A DNA stretch of 64,000 bases from assembly GCA_965200875.1 (NCBI GenBank), contig OZ241456.1, forward strand, positions 1,568,001-1,632,000, in the 5' to 3' direction. The DNA comes from Bdellovibrionales bacterium (GTDB lineage Bacteria; Bdellovibrionota; Bdellovibrionia; Bdellovibrionales; UBA1609). Shown in pieces: positions 39,324 through 47,360 of this stretch. Made by a program: the position numbers and the translations under genes. The notes under the pieces were generated by a model. It was not told where the DNA came from and searched no databases. It saw nothing but the letters and a program-made list of their open reading frames with translations. Each line of letters opens with the position of its first letter. Within the stretch, counting starts at the first letter, position 1.

Positions 39324-40106
39324 ATGGCACAAGCAAACAACAAATCTTGGAAAAAAATATTCAATAAATACAACATTCACAAACATTCTTTTGATAAAGC
39401 ACCCTTTCCTATTTCAGCGGAACAAATTAAAAAAGCCTGTCAGGAGTTCGAAAAAACCGTAGCAAAAGAAGTTCGTATACTTTGTACACAAACCTGCCAA
39501 GAAGATCGCCCTGATATTTTTAAAGAAAAAGGACTTTTTTTATTACCTGTTAAAAACGGCCAATATAATATCATAAAAGGTGAGGGTTATATTGATATTC
39601 CAGCTATTATGGCTACTAAAGATTACACATCAAAATTGGATTTTGAGTTGGATACAGCAAAAGTTGGTCAATCAGAGATGCAACATCTTGACTATGCTTA
39701 TGCTTCAAGCCTTATAAAAACATTCATAGGAGATGAAAACCTTGTTTTAACCATTCGAGGCAGGAAATATACAGAAAGGCCGTTTGAATTTTTTGTTAAC
39801 AAACACCGGATCCAAGTCTGTGGAGTACAGACGGAAGTGGATGCTGGTTATGAAGGGAGAAATACTGTTGTTTTAGTGGAAGCGAAAAACAGACAAACGG
39901 ACAATGTGATTATCAGACAACTTTATTATCCTTTTAGAAAGTGGCAACAAGAAACCAATAAAAAAGTCATAAATTTATTTTTTCAGAAAGATTCTAAAAC
40001 TGGTGTTTTCTCTATTTGGCAATTTGGATTTGATTGCAAAGAAAACTATAACAGTATAAAACTGGAAAAATCAGAAAAATTTAATATTTATAATGCAAAT
40101 AAATAG
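39324..40106 (+). CDS. Putative type II restriction endonuclease (PD-(D/E)XK)
   Basis: QTEVDAGYEG...VLVEAKN, IRQLYYPFR; 6 nt downstream of the MTase. Confidence 0.75.
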   Translation: MAQANNKSWKKIFNKYNIHKHSFDKAPFPISAEQIKKACQEFEKTVAKEVRILCTQTCQEDRPDIFKEKGLFLLPVKNGQYNIIKGEGYIDIPAIMATKDYTSKLDFELDTAKVGQSEMQHLDYAYASSLIKTFIGDENLVLTIRGRKYTERPFEFFVNKHRIQVCGVQTEVDAGYEGRNTVVLVEAKNRQTDNVIIRQLYYPFRKWQQETNKKVINLFFQKDSKTGVFSIWQFGFDCKENYNSIKLEKSEKFNIYNANK

Positions 40107-40135
40107 GTGAAAGGAGGGGTTTCACGCTCGACAAA

Positions 40136-41158
40136 TTAGAGCTTTAAGCTTTCCTGTAGCTCTTTAATTTTCTCTGCTGATACACCAGTGATTTCAATGA
40201 TATCAGAAATCTGCATATTTTTTTGGAGCATATTCAAAGCTATTTGTTCCATGCCTGTCTTCAAACCTTTCTCCATGCCTGTCTTCAAACCTTTCTCCAT
40301 GCCTGTCTTCAAACCTTTCTCCATGCCTGTCTTCAAACCTTTCTCCATGCCTTTGTTAAAAGCATAAGCTTTCTCTGCACGCTGATCTCTTAAAAACTTC
40401 TCTCGTGCTTCCTCTTCTCGGCGCAAATCCTCATCCTGGGACAAATCTTTTAAATGTTCCATTGCTCTTCTCATCTCTTCCCCCTTACTCGTTGATAATA
40501 TATCCCACTCTCTTTTTCCTATGTGGCAGGACTCTTTTAAAAGATAGCACCATAAGTCCCGCAAATCAACTATCTCCTTCAGACTCTCTGGCCTCGCTCT
40601 CATAAACTTACTTAATTCCACAAACACTATCTTTTCATCATCGATCAAGGAAGAATGTGGATCTTTATCCGATCGCAAAGAAAAGGAATTGATAAAATCT
40701 CTATACTTTTTTACCGGAAGAACATCAAAGTCTGTGAAAACCAAAGAATATGCAGGGCAAATACTGCTGTAATCTGCTGACTTCTTTAAACTCTCCGTGT
40801 AAAGTCTAGACCAATAAAAAAGCACTCTTTTCAAAAAACCTATTTTTAAGACAGACTGTATTTCCACATTCACAGTTTCTCCGGTACTGAGTCTTATTCT
40901 CAAATCCAGAACAATTTGCTTGTTGTCTGCCAAAGAGGGATAAAGGGAGCTATCTAAGAGAGTTAATGTTTCTTCATCAACAAGGGAATCCAATGCTTTT
41001 TTATCTCCTATAAAGGATATATCTTGCACTTTTTGATTGGGATGAAGGGGTAAAAAGGCATTTAAAAGAGATTTCAGGACTTCTTTGTTTTTGGAGAAAT
41101 AGGTCTTGAACATGAGGTCCTGGCTTAAGTTTAGAAATTTGCTACGATTTGTTTTCAT
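40136..41158 (-). CDS. Rpn family PD-(D/E)XK nuclease/putative transposase with EKGLKTGM repeats
   Basis: DLMFKTYF, LDLRI...NVEIQ, RVLFYWSRLY, FVELSKF, IIEITGVS. Confidence 0.88.
   Translation of the reverse strand: MKTNRSKFLNLSQDLMFKTYFSKNKEVLKSLLNAFLPLHPNQKVQDISFIGDKKALDSLVDEETLTLLDSSLYPSLADNKQIVLDLRIRLSTGETVNVEIQSVLKIGFLKRVLFYWSRLYTESLKKSADYSSICPAYSLVFTDFDVLPVKKYRDFINSFSLRSDKDPHSSLIDDEKIVFVELSKFMRARPESLKEIVDLRDLWCYLLKESCHIGKREWDILSTSKGEEMRRAMEHLKDLSQDEDLRREEEAREKFLRDQRAEKAYAFNKGMEKGLKTGMEKGLKTGMEKGLKTGMEKGLKTGMEQIALNMLQKNMQISDIIEITGVSAEKIKELQESLKL
40249..40353 (-). repeat. 24-bp coding tandem repeat, about 4 copies (MEKGLKTG)
   Basis: ccatgcctgtcttcaaacctttct repeated. Confidence 0.92.
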
Positions 41159-41206
41159 GTGTAAAGCTCCTTTAAAAAAAGTGGTTTATTGTTAATAAAT
41201 AGTTTA

Positions 41207-41280
41207 TGCAAAATCCGTGCCAAACTGATTTCAGCTGACATTTTTCCTGTAAAAATAGTCCTTGCAAAATCCGTGCCAAA
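41207..41280 (-). promoter_or_regulatory. Two tandem sigma54 -24/-12 promoters upstream of rpn
   Basis: Minus strand TTTGGCACGGATTTTGCA at 41207-41224 and 41263-41280, matching TGGCAC-N5-TTGC. Confidence 0.7.
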
Positions 41281-41377
41281 ATGATCTCAGCGGATAGTAT
41301 GGATTATGAATAAGAGGGTTTGATATTGCCAAACACGATTTTTACGGGAGATTTGGCAAACGTATTATCTTAAGAGG

Positions 41378-41750
41378 CCCGTGAAAAAGAGTGTTTATAT
41401 GTACAGCTTATTTGCTCATACCTCACCGCTCGGTCTCAAACATGCGTTTTGCCACACACGCGTCTTTCAGTCGCGGTGTGCTCAAAGCCGAACTCGCCTC
41501 GCGTTGGGTATGAGCAATAAGTTTTTTACATTTTTCCGGCAAACAAAGTGTTTCGTTATAAAACTTTGCAAGTATTTTCCGAACTAACAAGTGGCTCGTA
41601 AAAAAGCCAAGTTGTTGGTTTTTCAGTCCCGTGAAAACGGGAATTTTGTTGAGTTTTAGGCAAATGTTCCATCCATTTTCCTTAAAAAAATGTACTTTTT
41701 CACGCCTGATTAAAAAGTGATCATAATGTGTTAAAAACTTTTTCACAGGG
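41378..41750. repeat. Composite repeat: family B core (41400-41525) plus family A-like segment (41590-41712)
   Basis: Near-identical to 3755-3930 with an extra 28 bp, followed by aaagccaagttgttggtttttcagtcccgtgaaaacggg and tttttcac ends. Confidence 0.85.
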
Positions 41751-42221
41751 GATTATCTTAGAGAGTGTAAAATTTACATACATTCATATTTATTTCTATA
41801 AAGCCGTTTTTTTTAAGGGCAGGGTCTTGTCATTGATTCCAGTTTTGTATTATAAAAGTGTAATAGTATTTTCTTGAAAAACATTTGTTTGGGATATCCA
41901 CAGGTTGTTATGGTTCAAACAGCATCATAACTACAGGAGCTTGCTTTTATACTTTGGGTTCAAAATTGTAGGATATATCACAATAAATGTTGTGGGTTTA
42001 CTGAAGCTTTTAAAGTATAAAAAGTGTAGAGTATAAAGAACTACAACAGTATGGAAAACAAGCAACATAAGAATTTTTGAATGAAAGCTGGGAAACAGCA
42101 AGAAACATAAACAAGCAATATGAAGTTTAAAAAACAGCAAAAAAAATGAAAGCTGAAAAAACAGCAAAAAAATAAAAAACAGGAACAAAACAAATAAAAA
42201 ATCTATAAGGAGGAAACAAAG

Positions 42222-43181
42222 ATGAGAACAGGAAACAATGTGTATGTAAATGATTGTACAATTTCAAGTGCTGGTAAAAGAGCGCGTTGCTTTGGAGATA
42301 CTCACTTAATTGGTCGGTCTTTTTCCCACCTGATTGTTAAAAATCTTTTGAAAACTGTTGGTTTGTCTTTTTCGTTGGTGCTTTTTTCCTTAAGTGTTTT
42401 CGCTGAGATAAATTTTTTTGCCTGTAATGATATAACTCAGCAAAGCTATAACGAATATAAACTTGTTTATGAAAATGATCCGGGAAATGTGAGGAAAATT
42501 TACAACATGAGTATAGAGGCAATTTGTTTGGGAAAAATGGATGAGGGGATGACTTTGTTGGAACGATCTTCTGATGGAGGACATGTGGAAGGTTCTTTCT
42601 ATATGGCTGTTTATTATAAAACAGATAAGACTTTTGATACTAACAGAGGAACAACCAGAGATCCGGAAAATTTTAATGCTTCTTTATTTTACTACAAAAG
42701 GGCAGTAGCTCAGATTGAAGAAAATCCCAACTATCCTGAAGATACTTACAGCAATATACCTTGGTTGGAAGAACATAACCAAACCAGTGTGGAGGTGTTT
42801 ACAATGATACCTATGATGTATTATAGAGGGTATATTAACGCTGTTAATGATATGCTTAACAATGTGGATAGAGTAGTGTATATAGACACTTTGGAAGCTT
42901 TGGAAAAAATGAAACAAACCAGTGAACAATGCCTTGAGCGACCTTCTCTTCCGGTATGGAAAGAGAAACAAGAGCACGCCTATAAAGTGATGCAGGTGCA
43001 TTGTCAGGCCATGCGGGATTTTTCTATACATGTTTATCCCTTGGAGCAGAAGAGAATAAGAATAGCTGAAGAGTGTGTTGGTTCTTTAAAGGATTGCTCT
43101 GAACATGGTAATATTTTAAATAATGAAATTGCTCCTTTAATGGAAAATATGATGGCAAGATTACATTCTGTTTCTCTTTAG
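42222..43181 (+). CDS. Exported hypothetical protein with a Sel1-like repeat and paired cysteines
   Basis: RBS AAGGAGG; hydrophobic segment GLSFSLVLFSLSVFA; LLERSSDGGHVEGSFYMAVYY...SLFYYKRA. Confidence 0.65.
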   Translation: MRTGNNVYVNDCTISSAGKRARCFGDTHLIGRSFSHLIVKNLLKTVGLSFSLVLFSLSVFAEINFFACNDITQQSYNEYKLVYENDPGNVRKIYNMSIEAICLGKMDEGMTLLERSSDGGHVEGSFYMAVYYKTDKTFDTNRGTTRDPENFNASLFYYKRAVAQIEENPNYPEDTYSNIPWLEEHNQTSVEVFTMIPMMYYRGYINAVNDMLNNVDRVVYIDTLEALEKMKQTSEQCLERPSLPVWKEKQEHAYKVMQVHCQAMRDFSIHVYPLEQKRIRIAEECVGSLKDCSEHGNILNNEIAPLMENMMARLHSVSL

Positions 43182-43209
43182 AATGTACAAAAAATAGATT
43201 TTAGCCACT

Positions 43210-43330
43210 TTACACAGCAGACGGAGCTTAAAGACGCGTGCGCGAAAAAGTGCATGTTTGATTATTCCAAACGGGGAAGTATTAGTAAGAGCACTTATCC
43301 ACTAAACGGACTTATTCAAGATCGACTATT
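43210..43330. repeat. Degenerate family B copy, reverse orientation
   Basis: aaagacgcgtg...catgtttga...gtattagtaagagcac...cactaaacggacttattcaa parallels 43575-43670. Confidence 0.65.
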
Positions 43331-43411
43331 GAGTCACCTGTGAAAAAGTATGTTATTTTTTTCTGGATTTCCGTTTTCACGGGACTGAAAAGGATTTTTC
43401 ACGGCTGAATA
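43331..43411. mobile_element. Short family A copy, reverse orientation
   Basis: ctgtgaaaaagtatg ... ctggatttccgttttcacgggactgaaa ... tttttcacgg. Confidence 0.75.
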
Positions 43412-43672
43412 AATAATAAAGCATTGTTATTACTTGATTTTTTTTATAAAAGGTTCGGAAAAAATTGCAAGGTCTTACAATACAACCTTTATTTTCTTGC
43501 AAAAAGTATCAGTGAAAAAGATTTTACCAATACCCATTGCGAGGTGAGTTCGGCTTTGAACACGTCGCGACTGAAAGACGCGCGCGTGGCAAAACGCCTG
43601 TTTGAGCCCGAGCGGTGAAGTATTGGTAAGAGCATACTCTCACTAAACAGATTTATTCAAACCCAACTATTT
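43412..43672. repeat. Family B copy B3, reverse orientation
   Basis: Reverse-homologous to 3780-3970; terminal stem ttaccaatac / gtattggtaa. Confidence 0.8.
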
Positions 43673-43726
43673 AGGCCGGCTAAAGTTTTGGGACGCTTTG
43701 TCTGATGGTTTTTTACAAAAAAACTT

Positions 43727-43753
43727 TTAAGAAAAAAGTATTTTAACCGATAA
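43727..43753 (+). promoter_or_regulatory. Putative sigma28-type promoter
   Basis: TTAAGAAA-N11-ACCGATAA upstream of RBS GGAGG and ATG 43788. Confidence 0.5.
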
Positions 43754-43787
43754 TATTGCTAAACCTGCTTTTAATGGGAGGCTGGAT

Positions 43788-44540
43788 ATGCGTATTATCT
43801 TTTTTATGCTTTATTTTCTAAGTGTTTCATATACAGAAAATAGTAGTAGTTCTTGGGATAGTGTTGCAGACCAAGAAAAACCAAAGGAAAATACCCGAGA
43901 CCGTAATACTTGTGAACAGAAAGAAGACAATTTAGAATTGAAACATAATAATACGCCCGTGCCTCTTAATTGCAGTTGTAAGTCGAAAGGTAATAACGAA
44001 ACACTGGTTGAACAATGTTTCAACACATATATTTGCAAGGAAAAGTGTAAAGATTATATCAGCGATAATGCAAACTTTTGTGATAACATTCCCAACAACA
44101 GGAACAATGAGAATGCTCTTTGCCAAAGAAGCTGTAATGAAGATCCTCCTAACTTCATGACACCATCTTCCGCAGTTTCCCAGGCTGTAAATAACTGTGA
44201 TCAGAAAAATAGAAGAAAGCTACAAGACCAGTTAGTTGAAAACTGTCGGAGTAGAATAAACAACATTGAAAGATCGCCACCTCATACTGGTGCGACATTG
44301 GTGTGTCCGGGTAGAGCCGGCTGTGAAAGGTATTGCCAAAGCAAGGCTCAGGAACAAATCAATGGTATGCGAAGCAATTGCGAAGTGAAAACTAAAGGTG
44401 GTTTCAGGCTGTGTGAGTACAATTTGAATAATCGGTTACGCCATGTTCTTCTACAAAATTCTGGCCAATTACCTCAGGTTTTCACGGGACTAAAAGCCAA
44501 CAACTTGGCTTTCAGTTTCCAAGAGAGACCTTTCACATAA
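43788..44540 (+). CDS. Cys/Asn-rich exported hypothetical protein; 3' end derived from a repeat
   Basis: Signal-like MRIIFFMLYFLSVSY, many Cys; last ~20 codons lie inside a family A element. Confidence 0.7.
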   Translation: MRIIFFMLYFLSVSYTENSSSSWDSVADQEKPKENTRDRNTCEQKEDNLELKHNNTPVPLNCSCKSKGNNETLVEQCFNTYICKEKCKDYISDNANFCDNIPNNRNNENALCQRSCNEDPPNFMTPSSAVSQAVNNCDQKNRRKLQDQLVENCRSRINNIERSPPHTGATLVCPGRAGCERYCQSKAQEQINGMRSNCEVKTKGGFRLCEYNLNNRLRHVLLQNSGQLPQVFTGLKANNLAFSFQERPFT

Positions 44541-44586
44541 ACAGATAAATCACTCACTTAAACAGAGGTTTTTCACGGCGGACTAA
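44477..44586. mobile_element. Partial family A copy, reverse orientation
   Basis: ttttcacgggactaaaagccaacaacttggctttcagtttcc ... tttttcacggcggacta. Confidence 0.8.
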
Positions 44587-44727
44587 ATAAGTAAAAAACT
44601 TATTGCTCATACCATACCCGTTCTTCGATTGATTTTCAGGAGTTATGGTGTTATATTTTAAAGAAGTCAAACAGTATAAAAAAACAGCTATGGTGTATTT
44701 ACATAAGTTTTCATTAGAGGAGCAATA

Positions 44728-45735
44728 GTGGAAAAAGTGTCTTTAAGTTTACAAAATTTGAAAAAAAAACTTTCCAATAAACAAATATCCCCTCTTTATT
44801 TTATTATAGGGCCGGAAGCTTTTTTAATGAAAGAAATCTTACAGGCAATAAAGTCTTGTGTGCTGTCTCCTGAAACAGCTGACTTTAACTGTGAAATTTT
44901 TAAAGCTGGTGAGGGAGAAATGGAGCGAATGCGTGAGGCCATGGAAACACTTCCTGTGTTTTCCGAAAGAAGAGTGATTGTCTGTGAATCAGCACACAAA
45001 CTGAAAGAATCGGACTGGAAAATTCTTTTACCGATCGTGAAAGCACCAGTGGAAACCTGTGTGCTGATTTTTGTCTCTTCAGCACCGGATAAAAGAAAAA
45101 AAATAATCAAGGAGCTTATATCTTACTCTGAAATTTTGTCGGCTGAAACTCCCAAGGACAAAGAATGGATAATGTGGCTTAAAGAGATGGGAAAAAAAGA
45201 AGGGCTTTCTTTTTCGGATTCAGCTATCGCACTTATTAAAGAATATGCTTGTTATGACTTAATGAATTTAGACACGGAAATTAAAAAACTGAAAAGGTTT
45301 CTGGGGTCAAAGAAACACATTTCTGAAAAGGATGTGTTGGCTGTTGTTCCTCGTGTTCGTCCTGAAAATATTTTTGCTCTGTCAGAAGCTATTGGTCAAA
45401 AGGATATGCCCTCCGCACTTATGTGTTTGGCACGGCTGTTGGAGGACAATCAAAATGAAGTGGGAGCTTTAGCTTTAATCAGTCGCCATATTCGTATATT
45501 GGCTCGTGTAAAAGAGGGGCTTAAAAAAGGCAACACAGAGAAGACGATTTGTCATAAAACCGGTGTGCCTTATTTCTTTATTCAAAATTATATTCAGTCA
45601 GCTAACCTATGGACAGAGAAAAAAATTGTTTCCGCGCTTTCAGCACTGAAAGCCACAGATAAAGCCCTTAAGTCCTCACCTGTTTCTGCACATATATGGT
45701 TGGAAAATTTTATTATTAAAACCTGTTCTGCTTAA
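44728..45735 (+). CDS. holA: DNA polymerase III subunit delta
   Basis: PLYFIIGPEAFL, TLPVFSERRVIV, EIKKL, NIFALSEAI, DKALKS. Confidence 0.88.
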   Translation: MEKVSLSLQNLKKKLSNKQISPLYFIIGPEAFLMKEILQAIKSCVLSPETADFNCEIFKAGEGEMERMREAMETLPVFSERRVIVCESAHKLKESDWKILLPIVKAPVETCVLIFVSSAPDKRKKIIKELISYSEILSAETPKDKEWIMWLKEMGKKEGLSFSDSAIALIKEYACYDLMNLDTEIKKLKRFLGSKKHISEKDVLAVVPRVRPENIFALSEAIGQKDMPSALMCLARLLEDNQNEVGALALISRHIRILARVKEGLKKGNTEKTICHKTGVPYFFIQNYIQSANLWTEKKIVSALSALKATDKALKSSPVSAHIWLENFIIKTCSA

Positions 45736-45801
45736 AAAATATGGATGAAAAACCCTAAAAAATGTGTTAAAATCTATTTTATAGACTTTTTTGTTATTAT
45801 A

Positions 45802-45860
45802 TAGTGGTCTGTGAAAAAGTATGTGATTTCCCTGGATTCTCGTTTTCACGGGACTAAAAG
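45802..45860. repeat. Partial family A copy, reverse orientation, upstream of metK
   Basis: tagtggtctgtgaaaaagtatgtgatttccctggattctcgttttcacgggactaaaag. Confidence 0.8.
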
Positions 45861-45949
45861 ATTGACTGTGTTTTATTGTCTTGATAATAACTCTTTTTAT
45901 CACCCTGATCTACAAATCCAGGCAGGGGTACTATGGCGAGGGTACTATA

Positions 45950-47095
45950 ATGAATAATTTTCTTTTTACGAGTGAATCTGTTTCAGAGGGCCACCCCGAT
46001 AAAATTGCTGATCAAATCAGTGATGTTTTGTTGGACGCTTTTTTAAGGCAGGATCCTCAAAGCCGGGTGGCTTGTGAAGTGATGTTAACAAGAGGACTGG
46101 TTGTTGTGGGTGGAGAGATTACCACCAGTGGATATGTGGATATTCAAAATGAAGTCAGACAGGTTATCCGAAAAATTGGGTATGATCACGGAGACAAGGG
46201 TTTTGACTATAAATCCTGTTCTGTTTTAACAGCTATTGATTCTCAAAGCCAGGATATTGCCCGCGGAATTGGCCAGGGAGAATCACAAGGAGCTGGCGAT
46301 CAAGGTTTGGTATTTGGTTATGCCGTGGATGAAACAGAAGAATATATGCCTTTAAGTATTTCTCTTTCTCATAAATTAATGAGAGTTTTGGCGGATTTCA
46401 GAAAAAAAGAAGAAAGACATATATGGCCGGACAGTAAAAGTCAAGTGACAGTGGAATACAGAAACGGAAAGACAGCTCATATTCCTTCTGTGGTGCTTTC
46501 CACTCAACATGCTCCTGATATTAAAATAGAGGATTTAAGAGAGTTTATTATTGAAGAAGTTATCAAAAAAGTAATACCGGAGAAATATTTAAAAGAGAAA
46601 CATAAATTTTACATTAATCCCACAGGGCGTTTTGTAATCGGAGGCCCTTCAGGAGATTGTGGTTTGACCGGAAGGAAAATCATCGTAGATACTTATGGAG
46701 GACATGGTGCTCATGGAGGTGGCAGTTTTTCCGGAAAAGATCCTTCAAAAGTGGACCGCTCAGGAGCTTATGCCGCCCGCCATATCGCCAGAAACATTGT
46801 GTCTGCCGGGTTGGCTCGAAAATGTCTTGTTCAAATAGCTTATGCCATTGGTGTGGCCAAACCGGTGAGTCTTTCCATTCAGGCTTATGGCACCTTAAAA
46901 GTACCTGAAGAAAAACTGACAAAAGTGGTGCAAAAGCTCTGGGATCTGAGGCCATCGGCAATAATTACTCAATTTGATTTATTAAAGCCTATATACTCTA
47001 ACACAGCGGTTTATGGGCATTTTGGAAGAAAAGAATTGGGCTTTACCTGGGAAAAATCAGATAAAGTGGAAGAACTGAAGTCTGAATTTCCTTAA
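45950..47095 (+). CDS. metK: S-adenosylmethionine synthetase
   Basis: [44 protein letters not shown]; start moved to ATG 45950. Confidence 0.97.
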   Translation: MNNFLFTSESVSEGHPDKIADQISDVLLDAFLRQDPQSRVACEVMLTRGLVVVGGEITTSGYVDIQNEVRQVIRKIGYDHGDKGFDYKSCSVLTAIDSQSQDIARGIGQGESQGAGDQGLVFGYAVDETEEYMPLSISLSHKLMRVLADFRKKEERHIWPDSKSQVTVEYRNGKTAHIPSVVLSTQHAPDIKIEDLREFIIEEVIKKVIPEKYLKEKHKFYINPTGRFVIGGPSGDCGLTGRKIIVDTYGGHGAHGGGSFSGKDPSKVDRSGAYAARHIARNIVSAGLARKCLVQIAYAIGVAKPVSLSIQAYGTLKVPEEKLTKVVQKLWDLRPSAIITQFDLLKPIYSNTAVYGHFGRKELGFTWEKSDKVEELKSEFP

Positions 47096-47144
47096 AACAG
47101 TTTAACCAGCTTTGCCTCTGGTGGCTACATTATATAAGTAAACC

Positions 47145-47360
47145 ATGAAGACCAAAAGAAAAATAACCACCACTGTTTATCTTACAGAAGAGCAAAACAC
47201 TTTGCTTAAAGAGCTTAGGCAACGATCCAAAGTGCCTGTTGCTGAGTATGTTCGGCAAGGAGTGGATTTGATACTGCATAAAAACGCCCACCTTATACCT
47301 GGTCAGCTTTCTTTTACTTTGGATAAAAAAAATGAAAAACCGGGTCGTGGACACAAATGA
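47145..47360 (+). CDS. Ribbon-helix-helix DNA-binding protein
   Basis: KITTTVYLTEEQ...LKEL...KVPVAEYVRQGVDL; overlaps the lepA start. Confidence 0.8.
   Translation: MKTKRKITTTVYLTEEQNTLLKELRQRSKVPVAEYVRQGVDLILHKNAHLIPGQLSFTLDKKNEKPGRGHK

Noticed and set aside
41423..41746. 107-aa ORF, and the 64-aa ORF at 43424-43618, as real genes
   Set aside because: Both lie inside repeat elements; their shared peptide follows from DNA similarity and no clear RBS is present
41931..42188. 85-aa Phe/Leu-rich ORF, and the similar ORF at 32535-32789
   Set aside because: Translations of low-complexity A- or T-rich intergenic DNA
45861..45949. SAM riboswitch upstream of metK
   Set aside because: No recognisable SAM-I or SAM-II core; only a short gggtactat direct repeat and a weak hairpin
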